DNA of 35,945 nt from Promethearchaeia archaeon (lineage in GTDB: Archaea; Asgardarchaeota; Lokiarchaeia; Sigyniarchaeales; SOKP01): positions 1-35,945 of the forward strand of contig JAHQWH010000096.1 of assembly GCA_029856105.1 (NCBI GenBank). Direction: 5' to 3'. The notes under the pieces are model-generated. The model was not told where the DNA came from. It worked only from the letters and a program-made list of their open reading frames with translations, and searched no databases. The position numbers and the translations under genes were made by a program. Of this stretch, positions 9,124 through 19,491 are shown piece by piece (position 1 is the first letter of the stretch; each line of letters opens with the position of its first letter).

Positions 9124-9321
9124 TTAAAAGTTAACTATTTTTTTTACTCGTCCAATTTCACCACTCCTCAACCGAACCTTAATCCCATGATGGTGGTTAG
9201 GTGAATTTGTAAGCACATCTTTGACTATGCCCTCGGTTAACTTACCAGATCGCTGATCTTTCTTTAATACGATTAAAACTCGCATGCCTGACTTGATGTC
9301 TGCTCGCTTTGTTCCCTTCAA
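9124..9321 (-). CDS. ywbE: YwbE (DUF2196) family small protein
   Basis: IVLKKDQRSGKLTEGIVKDVLTNSPNHHHGIKVRL-GEIGRV is the family signature. TTG start. Confidence 0.9.
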   Translation of the reverse strand: MKGTKRADIKSGMRVLIVLKKDQRSGKLTEGIVKDVLTNSPNHHHGIKVRLRSGEIGRVKKIVNF

Positions 9322-9515
9322 TTTAATTGCTCAAGTTATTTGTAGGTCTTTTTTAGTACGAAAATAGTTCCCTTCATTTTATCTTTTGCCTTTATCTCCT
9401 CATTATTGCTAATACTTCAAGAATATTTTATTTTTGTAATATCTTCGAATTTGAATTCCATTTGAAACATTTTTTAGTGGTATGATTCAATAACTTTAAA
9501 AAATATATACAAATT

Positions 9516-11531
9516 ATGGATCCTTCAAAAGCCATGAAAATTAAATTATCAGACGAATTACCTCCAAATCCCGTCTTTAAAGAGGATATCCGAAGGGCGC
9601 CTAATCGTGGTTATGACTTGAATCGTGACGAGACATTAATTGCGTTAAAAAATGCTTTGCGATATATACCTAAAAAATTACACGAAATTCTAGCACCAGA
9701 ATTTTTAAATGAGTTAACCGCGAGTGGAAGAATTTACGGTCATCGGTATCGTCCAGAAGGAGAGATTAAGTCTAAACCTGTTGACGAGTACAAGGGTATT
9801 TTAGAAGCTCGTGCGATACAATTAATGATCGACAATAATTTAGATTATAATGTAGCTCTTTATCCATATGAACTCGTTACGTATGGCGAAAGTGGACAAG
9901 TCTGCCAAAATTGGATGCAGTACCGATTAATCAAAAAATATCTCGAAGTAATAAATGAAGAACAAACCCTTGTGGTTATGTCAGGCCATCCTCTTGGCTT
10001 ATTTCCCAGCAAAAGAGAAGCTCCGAGAGTGATTATGACGAATGGTTTGATGGTTGGTATGTTTGATACGCCAGAAGAGTTCAAACGAGTTTCAGCTTTA
10101 GGTGTGGCAAATTACGGTCAAATGACTGCGGGAGGATGGATGTATATAGGACCTCAAGGGATTGTTCATGGAACTTACATTACGCTGCTAAATGCAGGTC
10201 GGCTTTATTTAAAAATACCTAAAAGTGAAGGACTTAAAGGAGTTCTCTATTTAACTTCTGGATTGGGAGGGATGAGTGGAGCTCAAGCGAAAGCAACCGA
10301 AATTGCAGGTGGTATAGGTGTTATCGCTGAAGTTGACGATTCTCGAATTAAAACTCGCTATGAGCAAGGATGGGTTAGCAAAGTTTCGAGCAATCTTGAA
10401 GAAATTTTTAATTGGGTTGAGGAATATAGAAAAAAGAAAGAACCAATTTCAATTGCATTTCATGGTAATATTGTTGATGTCTGGAAATATGTAATGGATA
10501 ACAACATTAAAGTGGAGCTTGCATCAGACCAAACTTCTTGTCACGCGCCTTATGAGGGCGGATATACTCCCGTTGGATTAAGTTTCGAGGAAGGTAGGGC
10601 GTTATTAAAATCTGATAGAGAGAAATTTGAAAGGTTAGTTGACGAATCTTTAAGGGAACAATATAACCTTATCAAAATGATGGTCAGTAAAGGTACTATA
10701 TTCTGGGACTATGGAAATTCGTTTCTAAAAGCAATTTACGACGCTGGAGCTCATGATATTGCAATTAATGGCGATCCAAAAAATGGTTTCATATTTCCCT
10801 CTTATGTAGAACATATTATGGGTCCAATATGTTTTGATTATGGATATGGACCTTTCCGATGGGTGTGCTTAAGCTTAAAACATTCAGATTTAATAAAAAC
10901 CGATCAAGTTGCAATTTCTTCTATCGATCCTAATCGGAGCTCACAAGATAGAGATAACTGGCATTGGATAAAGAATGCCGAAAAGAACAACTTAGTAGTT
11001 GGTTCTCAAGCTCGTATATTATATGCCGATATGGAAACTCGAGTAAAGATTGCTTTAAAATTCAACGAAATGGTTAAAAATAGAGATATTGGAGCGATTA
11101 TGTTAGGACGGGACCATCACGATGTTTCTGGGACCGATAGTCCCTTTAGAGAGACATCAAATATAAAAGATGGCAGTAATGTTATGTCTGACATGGCTCA
11201 TCACAGTTGGGCCGGTAATATAGCAAGAGGAATGACTATGTGTGTACTATCGAATGGAGGGGGTGTTGGTACGGGGAAAGCAATCAACGGCGGTTTTGGT
11301 CTAGTGTTAGATGGTTCAGAACGAGTAAATAACATAATTCGCTCTGCAATTGAGTGGGATGTAAACTGTGGTGTCGCTAGGAGAGCTTGGGCTAGAAATG
11401 AAAACGCGTTAGCAACAGCTTATGCTTGGAATCTTAAAAATCAAGATAGAGGGCACATCACTTTACCTTTTTTGGTAAAAGATGATTTATTAAATGATGT
11501 TATTAATGTGTATTTAAAAAAGTATAAATAA
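9516..11531 (+). CDS. hutU: Urocanate hydratase, long (~670 aa) type
   Basis: YPYELVTYG, YGQMTAGGWMYIGPQGIVHGT, GLGGMSGAQ, SDQTSCH, GRDHHDVSGTDSPFRET. Confidence 0.97.
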   Translation: MDPSKAMKIKLSDELPPNPVFKEDIRRAPNRGYDLNRDETLIALKNALRYIPKKLHEILAPEFLNELTASGRIYGHRYRPEGEIKSKPVDEYKGILEARAIQLMIDNNLDYNVALYPYELVTYGESGQVCQNWMQYRLIKKYLEVINEEQTLVVMSGHPLGLFPSKREAPRVIMTNGLMVGMFDTPEEFKRVSALGVANYGQMTAGGWMYIGPQGIVHGTYITLLNAGRLYLKIPKSEGLKGVLYLTSGLGGMSGAQAKATEIAGGIGVIAEVDDSRIKTRYEQGWVSKVSSNLEEIFNWVEEYRKKKEPISIAFHGNIVDVWKYVMDNNIKVELASDQTSCHAPYEGGYTPVGLSFEEGRALLKSDREKFERLVDESLREQYNLIKMMVSKGTIFWDYGNSFLKAIYDAGAHDIAINGDPKNGFIFPSYVEHIMGPICFDYGYGPFRWVCLSLKHSDLIKTDQVAISSIDPNRSSQDRDNWHWIKNAEKNNLVVGSQARILYADMETRVKIALKFNEMVKNRDIGAIMLGRDHHDVSGTDSPFRETSNIKDGSNVMSDMAHHSWAGNIARGMTMCVLSNGGGVGTGKAINGGFGLVLDGSERVNNIIRSAIEWDVNCGVARRAWARNENALATAYAWNLKNQDRGHITLPFLVKDDLLNDVINVYLKKYK

Positions 11532-11559
11532 AGTAAGAGTCCTATTGGGTTTTGTTAAC

Positions 11560-13077
11560 ATGGAAAATGATTTTAAATACGGTCAAGATCACTTGACTGT
11601 TAATTTGGCTCTGAAGATTGTTAGAGGTCAGATTAATGGTGTCCTAACGGAAGAAACCAAAATAAAAATAGAAAAAAACTATAATGTTGTTCAAGATATT
11701 GCAAATGGTGAAGTCTTAGTATACAGCATTAATACGGGATTTGGGTCTTTGTGTACAACTAGAATATCCAAAGAAGAAGTTGGTAAATTACAATCAAATT
11801 TGCTTAAGAGCCATAGCGTAGGCGTTGGTTCACCTATTGGCAAGGAAATTGCAAAATTGATGTTGATTCTTAAAGTCCACGCGTTAAGCATGGGATATTC
11901 TGGGATTTCTTTAAATTTGATTGAAAGAATTCTCTGGCACATCAACAACGATTTTATTCCGTTGGTTCCAGAACAAGGCTCAGTAGGCGCATCCGGAGAC
12001 CTTGCTCCGTTAGCTCATTTATTTTTACCTTTAATTGGTTTAGGTTTTCTGTCAAAAGATGGTAAAAATTATAAACCAGCAATAGAAGTTTTAAACCAAA
12101 ATGGATTAAAACCTCTTGAACTTCATGCAAAAGAAGGTTTGGCGTTAATTAATGGAACACAATTCATTACAGCTCATGGGGTTATTGTCGCTGAAAAGTT
12201 TTTTAGTTGTTTAGAGCAAGCCGATCTAATCGGAGCAATGATGCTTGAAGGGTATTTAGCATCGCCTCAACCTTTCAATGAGAGATTAATTGCTTTACGT
12301 CCTCATGATGGTGCTAAAACTGTTGCTAAAAGAATCAGGAAGTTTTTGAAGAATTCTCAATTTGTAGAATCGCATGCAGATTGTGATCGAGTTCAAGATC
12401 CTTATTCTATTCGATGTATCCCCCAAGTCCATGGAGCCTCAAGAGATGCTTTTTCACATTTAAGCGAGAAGTTGGAATGTGAATTAAATTCAGTTACGGA
12501 CAATCCTATAGTTTTTGATGAAGATACTGCTATCAGCGGTGGAAACTTTCATGGACAACCTCTTGCCTTACCTCTGGATTATATTAGCTTAGCCGCTTCT
12601 GAGCTAGGAAATATCTCAGACCGGCGAACATATCTTCTTTTAGAAGGAAAGTGGGGCCTTCCCCCATATTTAATTCAAGAATCTGGTTTAAATTCCGGTT
12701 TTATGATTACCCAATATTGTTCAGCAGCATTAGCTAGCGAAAACAAAACAATGTGCTTCCCAGCAAGCGCGGATAGTATCCCAACATCAATGGGACAAGA
12801 AGATCATGTCAGTATGGGATCGATTAGCGCTAGAAAAGCGCTTCGAATTATTTTTAATCTTGAAAAAATACTAGCAATAGAACTCTTGTGTGCCGCTCAA
12901 GCGTTTGATTTTAGAAGACCGTTAAAATCTAGCGCAACTTTAGAAGCATGCCATACCTATATTCGTAAAAAAATCCCCCATATTAACGAAGATGTAGTTC
13001 TTTCGGAATACATCGAAATTGCTTTGGAAATTATAAAAAGTGAAGAATTAATTAAAATTGCAAACGAAGTAAAATGA
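11560..13077 (+). CDS. hutH: Histidine ammonia-lyase
   Basis: YSINTGFG, GSVGASGDLAPL (MIO-forming ASG), KEGLALING, VQDPYSIRC, GGNFHGQP, QEDHVSMG. ATG at 11560 preferred over TTG at 11545. Confidence 0.97.
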   Translation: MENDFKYGQDHLTVNLALKIVRGQINGVLTEETKIKIEKNYNVVQDIANGEVLVYSINTGFGSLCTTRISKEEVGKLQSNLLKSHSVGVGSPIGKEIAKLMLILKVHALSMGYSGISLNLIERILWHINNDFIPLVPEQGSVGASGDLAPLAHLFLPLIGLGFLSKDGKNYKPAIEVLNQNGLKPLELHAKEGLALINGTQFITAHGVIVAEKFFSCLEQADLIGAMMLEGYLASPQPFNERLIALRPHDGAKTVAKRIRKFLKNSQFVESHADCDRVQDPYSIRCIPQVHGASRDAFSHLSEKLECELNSVTDNPIVFDEDTAISGGNFHGQPLALPLDYISLAASELGNISDRRTYLLLEGKWGLPPYLIQESGLNSGFMITQYCSAALASENKTMCFPASADSIPTSMGQEDHVSMGSISARKALRIIFNLEKILAIELLCAAQAFDFRRPLKSSATLEACHTYIRKKIPHINEDVVLSEYIEIALEIIKSEELIKIANEVK

Positions 13078-14405
13078 CAGTAAGATCTACTCCATCGCCA
13101 CAAAGAATAAAAAGAAAAGATGTTGATAACAAGGTTCGAACACTCAAATTAGATTTGATTATAATTCACATCAACGAATTAGTAACCATGGATTCTAAAT
13201 ATGGGGTTCCAAGAAGAGGCAAGAACATGGCAGAGTTGGCACCCATTCACGATGGCGCAATAGCAATATCTGGTAATTCTATAGTTTTCGTAGGAACGAC
13301 AAATGAATTATTTTCTAGCTTTTTTCCTAAAGGAGAAACAGTAATAATTGATGCTACAAATCGTTTAGTAACTCCTGGATTTGTTGATCCGCATACTCAT
13401 ATTATCTTCGATGGTTTTAGAGAAAATGAACTTGAAATGAAACTTGCTGGTAAGACCTACCTTGAAATCTTAGAGGCTGGGGGCGGGATATTAAAAACTG
13501 TTGAAGCGACGAGAAAGGCTTCGTTAGAAATCTTAATTCAAAATGGGAAAAAGATTCTTAATAGGATGATGGAATATGGAACGACTACAATGGAAACGAA
13601 ATCTGGATATGGACTCGATGTCGAGAACGAAATTAAGTCGTTATTAGCAGCAAAAGAGTTAAACCTCGTGCATCCCATGGATGTAATATCAACGTTTTTA
13701 GGCGCTCATGCAGTACCGCCAGAATACGAGGGTGAAACAGACGGTTATGTAGAATTAATTATTTCAGAAATGATTCCAAAAGTCGCACAAGAAAAATTAG
13801 CAGAATTTTGCGATGTATTTTGTGAAGAGGGGATTTTTTCAGTTGTTCAAACAAAAAAAATATTAAATGCGGCTATGAAATACGGTCTAAAACCGCAGAT
13901 TCATATCGATGAAATTATCGACACGAATGGGGCATTATTGGCAGCAGAGTTAAACGCTGTGCAGACGGGACATATGTTAAAATCTAACGACGAAGGTTTA
14001 AGAGCAATGAGAAAAGCACAAACAATTGCTACACTATTACCCGGGACGCCTTTTTGTTTAATGATGAGGGACTATGCTCCTGCAAGAAAGATGATCGAAT
14101 ACGGTATTCCAATAGCCCTTGCTACCGACCTTAATCCAAATTGTTGGACAGAATCGATGCAAATCATAATTGCTTTAGCATGCTATCACATGAAACTTTC
14201 ACCAGCTGAAGCTCTAACAGCAGCTACGATTAACGCAGCTTGTGCACTTCAAAAACAAGATCAAATTGGAAGTATAGAAGTAGGTAAGAAGGCAGACTTA
14301 ATAATTTTTGATGTACCGAACCATAATTTTCTTCCTTACCAATTTGGTGTAAATCTAGTTTCAAAAGTTATAAAAAATGGTAAAGTTGAAGTAGATTTTG
14401 ATTAA
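13074..14405 (+). CDS. hutI: Imidazolonepropionase
   Basis: PGFVDPHTH, GGGILKTV, KSGYGL, TFLGAH, DVFCE, ATDLNP. ATGA overlap with the hutH stop. Confidence 0.96.
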   Translation: MTVRSTPSPQRIKRKDVDNKVRTLKLDLIIIHINELVTMDSKYGVPRRGKNMAELAPIHDGAIAISGNSIVFVGTTNELFSSFFPKGETVIIDATNRLVTPGFVDPHTHIIFDGFRENELEMKLAGKTYLEILEAGGGILKTVEATRKASLEILIQNGKKILNRMMEYGTTTMETKSGYGLDVENEIKSLLAAKELNLVHPMDVISTFLGAHAVPPEYEGETDGYVELIISEMIPKVAQEKLAEFCDVFCEEGIFSVVQTKKILNAAMKYGLKPQIHIDEIIDTNGALLAAELNAVQTGHMLKSNDEGLRAMRKAQTIATLLPGTPFCLMMRDYAPARKMIEYGIPIALATDLNPNCWTESMQIIIALACYHMKLSPAEALTAATINAACALQKQDQIGSIEVGKKADLIIFDVPNHNFLPYQFGVNLVSKVIKNGKVEVDFD

Positions 14406-14419
14406 TTTGTTCTTAAAAT

Positions 14420-15337
14420 TTAGAAATCAAAATAATTCTCTAACAGATGTTTTGGCTCAAGTTTTTTAGGATTTTCAAGTTGTAAATAATAACCTAAAGA
14501 ATTAAGCACAGCACCTAAGGGTAACACGCCGATTAATTCTGTACCAACAATGGGTACACCATATCGAGCGGCTTCAATTCGTACGAGTTCCATCTGACGA
14601 TATAGAGGGGTTTTTTTATAATTAATATTACTAATCCCTACTTGGACGCAATCTCTCGTTTTTAAATCTGTCCCCATTGCTTTAACGTTTACAAGTCCTC
14701 CCGAGCGTAAATGAATTGCTTTTGCTACTTTTTTCGCAACTTTAACGTCTTTAGTCCCAAGGTTGATATTAAAACTAATTAAGGGATATCTTGCTCCCGT
14801 TATTATTGCACCTGCCGTTGGATGAAATTCTGAAGGACCATAATCCGGTTTCCTTTCAGGGTTAGTCTTAATGGTTTCTTTTAATCCTTCATATTCTCCG
14901 ACTCTTATGTTATCAATATTTTTCCTTTCAAGGTTCCTTGCTGAATCTTCGTATAAATATACTGGAACGCCTTCTTTTGCCATTTCTTCAGCAAATTGTT
15001 TTGACAATTCTATGCATTCTTCAATTGTTATATTTTGAGCGGGTATAAACGGAACTACGTCAATTGCTCCTATTCGAGGATGCTGACCTTTGTGTTTATT
15101 CATGTCAATTAGTTCTATCGCTTTTTTAGCTGCGGCAATATTTGCTTTCAACACGGCTTCTGGAGTACCAACAAAAGTAATTACAGCTCGGTTGTAGTCA
15201 GAGTCGTATTGAATGTCTACGATGTTAGTTTCGGGAGTGTTTTTAATTTCTGCTACAATTCGTTCGACTTTATCTCCATCTGTACCTTCGCTATAATTAG
15301 GTACCGACTCAACTATTTTTTTATTTTTAAATGCCAT
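14420..15337 (-). CDS. ftcD: Glutamate formiminotransferase (stand-alone FT domain of FTCD)
   Basis: ESVPNYSEG, DSDYNRAV, HKGQHPRIGAIDVVPFIP, PVYLYE, IRVGEYEG, GAR. Convergent on hutI. Confidence 0.93.
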   Translation of the reverse strand: MAFKNKKIVESVPNYSEGTDGDKVERIVAEIKNTPETNIVDIQYDSDYNRAVITFVGTPEAVLKANIAAAKKAIELIDMNKHKGQHPRIGAIDVVPFIPAQNITIEECIELSKQFAEEMAKEGVPVYLYEDSARNLERKNIDNIRVGEYEGLKETIKTNPERKPDYGPSEFHPTAGAIITGARYPLISFNINLGTKDVKVAKKVAKAIHLRSGGLVNVKAMGTDLKTRDCVQVGISNINYKKTPLYRQMELVRIEAARYGVPIVGTELIGVLPLGAVLNSLGYYLQLENPKKLEPKHLLENYFDF

Positions 15338-15456
15338 AATTATCTCCTTAAAACAACATTAATTCTAATTTTTAATAATATAAATTTATTTACTTAAAAG
15401 TAATTTTAAATTTTTATAGATTGAATTAAATTAGCTTTAGATTCTGCCATATTTGT

Positions 15457-16713
15457 TTATGGTAAAGCATAATCTCTTCCATAGGTTTTATCAGTAAAGA
15501 TGTAGATTTTATCTTCGCCATTACCAATTGCTTTTCCATTAATTCGTAATTTTGCGAATATAGGCTTTTCTTTAGTTCCTCTTGGAGTTTTACTAACTTG
15601 TTTTTCTTTGAATTTAATAACTTCTGCTTTTTGATGAATGTATGTGTCTGTATTATTACCCATAATAATTAAATCGTCATTTTTAGTTAAATATCCGTTA
15701 TCCAACGAAATTTTAGTATAATCTTTCGTATAATCCTCAATTTGACCAACTTTGATATATCTGAAATGTGATAAATTTGAAGGGGATTTATGTTGATGGT
15801 CTTCTTCAGTCATTCTCTTAAAGTAAAATCCGGGAGTAAATCCTCGATTATAAACTTTCTTCAAGTCGGTAACCCATAGACCTACTTTTTTTTTTGAAAA
15901 AGTACCGTTATAATATGCCTCAATAGCTTCTCGGTAGATTTTTGCAACCACCTCGACATAGTGAGGGTGACGCATCCTACCTTCAATTTTAAAAGCATCA
16001 ACCTTGGCTTCAATGAATTTAGGTATGTGGGCAATTGTACAAAGGTCTCTTGAATTCATGAACCTAACACCATCGTAGATGTATTCTGCTCCAGACTCCT
16101 CCCTTACCCACCAGCGTCTTCTACAAGGTTGTATACAATTACCTCGGTTTGCTGATTTCTCTTCGGTTCCACAAATATCTTGAGAAAAATAACATCTGCC
16201 ACTTATGGAAGTGCACATCGCTCCATGAATGAAAATTTCAATTTCAGTTTTTGACAGATTCCTCTTAATTTCTTTAATCTTCTCTAAAGATAACTCCCGT
16301 GCTAAGATGATCCTTTCTGCTCCTAATTTTTCATAAAATTGAGCAGAAAGTGAATTTGAAACATTACATTGCGTGGATATATGAAAAGGGATTCCAGTTT
16401 CTTTAGCTACTTGAGCCGCTGCTATATCATGTACGATTACAGCGTCTATCCCTGCATTTTTACTCTCTCTTATTATATTTCTCAGAATTTTTATTTCATT
16501 ATCATAAACCAAAATATTGGTTGCTAAATATGATTTTAAATTATTATTATGACAAAAATTAACAATTTTATCTAAGTCTTCTAAAGCAAAATTCTCCGAA
16601 CGCATCCTCATATTAAACTTTTCAATTCCAAAATATATGGAATCAGCATATTTTGAGGCAGCTTTTATTGCCTTAAAGTTTTTAGCAGGTGCCAATAATT
16701 CAACCTTTTCCAT
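15457..16713 (-). CDS. Peptidase U32-family protein (TrhP/RlhA/UbiU-like Fe-S hydroxylation factor)
   Basis: ELLAPA, HISTQ, ILAREL, EIFIHGAMC-SGRC, NRGNCIQPCR, KIEGR. Confidence 0.92.
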   Translation of the reverse strand: MEKVELLAPAKNFKAIKAASKYADSIYFGIEKFNMRMRSENFALEDLDKIVNFCHNNNLKSYLATNILVYDNEIKILRNIIRESKNAGIDAVIVHDIAAAQVAKETGIPFHISTQCNVSNSLSAQFYEKLGAERIILARELSLEKIKEIKRNLSKTEIEIFIHGAMCTSISGRCYFSQDICGTEEKSANRGNCIQPCRRRWWVREESGAEYIYDGVRFMNSRDLCTIAHIPKFIEAKVDAFKIEGRMRHPHYVEVVAKIYREAIEAYYNGTFSKKKVGLWVTDLKKVYNRGFTPGFYFKRMTEEDHQHKSPSNLSHFRYIKVGQIEDYTKDYTKISLDNGYLTKNDDLIIMGNNTDTYIHQKAEVIKFKEKQVSKTPRGTKEKPIFAKLRINGKAIGNGEDKIYIFTDKTYGRDYALP

Positions 16714-16859
16714 ATATAATGTTTTAATTTCTTTTCAAAAAAATATATCTACTTAAAACCTAAATACAATATTGAAAATGTGAAAATTCTCTTTTTTAAA
16801 ATAGTTCTCCTAGAAATTGAAAAAATTTAAGATAAAAAGACAATTTTGAATTTTAATTT

Positions 16860-17909
16860 ATGAGTGAAGAAAAAAATAGTCAATTCATCGTTTGGATAAA
16901 AAGAAGAAAACGTCTAATCATTGGATTAGGTACCATTTTACTATTAATTTTTATGACGTTTTTCATAGATTTTTTGCAATTTATTCAAAAATTAATCGCT
17001 GTAGGTTTTTTCGGGTTAATAATTTTTGTAATAACATACACTATTGCGTTTATATTAAGAGCATATAAATTAAAATTAATTTTTAAAGGTCTTAATCTAA
17101 ATATTAAATATTCAACCGCGTACTTCTCAACTGGAGCTTCATTTGTTATTAATGATCTAACTCCCGGTAAATTAGGAGATTTAGCTAAAATATTTATAAT
17201 AAAAGATGAAGAAAATATCAATCTTAGCGAATCTGTAGCAGCGATTGCGATTGAAAGAATACTAGATTTAATCCTACTTTTTATTATCAGTTGTTTTGCG
17301 TTAATATATCTTTATATTAGTAATTTCAGTGGATCGACCTCTGGGCAAATTTTAGGTCAAAATATTCAATTTTATTTAGCTATTGGGGCGATAATTATTA
17401 TTGGAATACTAGTGATCTTAATTTTACTCCTATATAAAACTGAGTTCATAATTAATATTTTAAAGAAAATATCACCAAAACTAGCTCATTATTTGGGACG
17501 ATTTGTGATAAATTTTAAAGAGGGTATGAAGAAATTCAAAGATCATAAACGAGAATTAATTTACATAATCTTGCTGGGTTTTCCAACCTGGATAATAGAT
17601 GCATCTATTGTTATTATATTTTTTTACATACTAGGGTTTCAATTAAACATGTTATTATTGATATTTGCCATTATACTTACTTTTTTTAGTAAAACTTTTC
17701 CTATTACTCCGGGGGGTTGGGGAATTTCAGAAAACGTAGGAGCTGCATTTATTTACTTCTTTTATTCTCTCACAATTACATTCCCTGAGATTTTATCAAT
17801 ATTTATAATAGATCACTTATTCAGAAGCGCCTATCTCTTATTTTTTGGAGGGTACTCTATTTTTCATTATAACTTTAGCTTAAAAAAGATTGAGCCAATT
17901 AATAATTAA
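16860..17909 (+). CDS. Lysylphosphatidylglycerol-synthase TM / UPF0104 flippase-like membrane protein
   Basis: Multi-TM. NDLTPGKLGDLAK, ERILD, PITPGGWGISE motifs. Confidence 0.85.
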   Translation: MSEEKNSQFIVWIKRRKRLIIGLGTILLLIFMTFFIDFLQFIQKLIAVGFFGLIIFVITYTIAFILRAYKLKLIFKGLNLNIKYSTAYFSTGASFVINDLTPGKLGDLAKIFIIKDEENINLSESVAAIAIERILDLILLFIISCFALIYLYISNFSGSTSGQILGQNIQFYLAIGAIIIIGILVILILLLYKTEFIINILKKISPKLAHYLGRFVINFKEGMKKFKDHKRELIYIILLGFPTWIIDASIVIIFFYILGFQLNMLLLIFAIILTFFSKTFPITPGGWGISENVGAAFIYFFYSLTITFPEILSIFIIDHLFRSAYLLFFGGYSIFHYNFSLKKIEPINN

Positions 17910-17954
17910 TATGATTTCCATAAAAATTTAGAAATTAAAATTAGTTAAGTAAAT

Positions 17955-18659
17955 ATGGATTACAGAGATTATATAGACGGGCAAACTGGAGAGCAATTTT
18001 GGTTTAGGGGTAAAAAAGATTTAATTAATATACTAATGAATAAAATTGGTCGTAAAAACCTAAAAATCTTAAATATTGGAGCCGGAACTGGCGTCGATCT
18101 TGAAATAATGAATCGATTTGGCAATATATTTATTATTGATGTTAATAAAAAAGCTTTAGATTTAATCCCATCAAAGTTATATGCTGAAAAAAAAGTATGC
18201 GATGCGATAGCTTTACCTTATCCAAATGATTTTTTTGATATCGTGTGTTCATTTGATGTTTTTGAACATATAAAGAATGATAAAAAAGCGGTTTTAGAAG
18301 CTCATAGAGTATTAAAAAAAAAGGGACACCTTTTACTCATGGTTCCTGCCTTTAATTTTTTATTTAGTGCACACGATAAAGCGTTACTACATTATCGAAG
18401 ATATAGCAAAAAGAAATTATATGAATTATTGAGAATTTTCAAATGTGAATATCTTAGCTATTGGAATTTAATTTTATTTATCCCTCTTTCTATCTTAAGA
18501 ATATTAAAAAAAAGAGCAAAACCAAAAACAGATTATTTTAACCTTCCCTCCTTACTAGAGAAAATCTTTTTAAATTTCTTAAGAATTGAAAATAAATTAA
18601 TTTTGAAAGATTATCGACTCCCATTTGGTCTTTCCTTAGTCGGAGTTTATAGAAAGTGA
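17955..18659 (+). CDS. Class I SAM-dependent methyltransferase (glycosylation-cluster type)
   Basis: ILNIGAGTG, LPYPNDFFD, DVFEHI, VPA..LFSAHD..HYRRY. Confidence 0.88.
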   Translation: MDYRDYIDGQTGEQFWFRGKKDLINILMNKIGRKNLKILNIGAGTGVDLEIMNRFGNIFIIDVNKKALDLIPSKLYAEKKVCDAIALPYPNDFFDIVCSFDVFEHIKNDKKAVLEAHRVLKKKGHLLLMVPAFNFLFSAHDKALLHYRRYSKKKLYELLRIFKCEYLSYWNLILFIPLSILRILKKRAKPKTDYFNLPSLLEKIFLNFLRIENKLILKDYRLPFGLSLVGVYRK

Positions 18660-19391
18660 CTTTTGTTTTTTTCTATTAATCTTTCTTTCCATAATTAGTC
18701 TAAATTTCAGTGTTAGTATATATCTTACCATAGATTTTTCTTTTTTAATTGAAATATAGGATTTAGGGCCTTCCACCCAAATAACCGGAACCTCTTTTAT
18801 TCGGTAACTCTTCTGTTGGGCTCTAATTAACATTTCAGAGTCCCAAAATGCTCTTCTTTGTAAATTCCATCCCATATCCTTTACCAAATCACGAATAACT
18901 TCATATTTAAATAATTTAAAACCACATTCGTGGTCTCTAACACGAGAACCAAAATATAGATTTAAAAATGTATTAAAAATTTTTGATACAATAAACCTAT
19001 ATGGAGTCCTATTTAGTTTTGCTCCTTTTTGATATCGACTTCCTATTACAATATCAAATCCTTTTTTCATTTCAGCAATCAATTGGGGGAGCGAACTCAT
19101 ATCTGTTGAAAGATCAGCATCCATAAAAAATATTAAGTCCCCTTTTTTACCCTGTTTTACAAACATTTTAGCAAGATTTTCTCTAACTGAAGGGCCATTG
19201 CATTTTAAATGTATAACATTATCGATGTTAATAGAATCTAGTATATCACCAGTTCGATCAGTGCTTCCATCATTAACAACATAAATCTTATAATCATTTG
19301 TTAATAGCTTGGAAAACTTGGGAGCCATGTAACGAAGGTTTTGTTCTACAAATTCCTCTTCGTTGTAAACAGGAATGAAAATTTTAATCAT
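18636..19391 (-). CDS. GT2 polyprenol/dolichol-phosphate glycosyltransferase (DPM1/Alg5-like)
   Basis: IPVYNEE, VNDGSTDRT, FMDADLS, IVIGSRY, DHECGFK, EVPVIW. ATG at 19391 preferred over TTG at 19424. Overlaps the convergent methyltransferase by 24 nt. Confidence 0.9.
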   Translation of the reverse strand: MIKIFIPVYNEEEFVEQNLRYMAPKFSKLLTNDYKIYVVNDGSTDRTGDILDSINIDNVIHLKCNGPSVRENLAKMFVKQGKKGDLIFFMDADLSTDMSSLPQLIAEMKKGFDIVIGSRYQKGAKLNRTPYRFIVSKIFNTFLNLYFGSRVRDHECGFKLFKYEVIRDLVKDMGWNLQRRAFWDSEMLIRAQQKSYRIKEVPVIWVEGPKSYISIKKEKSMVRYILTLKFRLIMERKINRKKQKSLSINSD

Positions 19392-19491
19392 AATAGAGTA
19401 ATTCCGATGTAAGCAGAAATTCAAGGTTTATATAGATTAATAAATTTTATAATTTAATTAAATTTTAGAATTACTGTTTTACAAGATAATC

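Noticed and set aside
9336-9470. Minus-strand mini-ORF MFQMEFKFEDITKIKYS-TGA-SISNNEEIKAKDKMKGTIFVLKKTYK* with an in-frame TGA, considered as a possible selenoprotein
   Set aside because: No redox-motif context, no recognisable family and no SECIS-like hairpin seen. Likely chance or gene debris.
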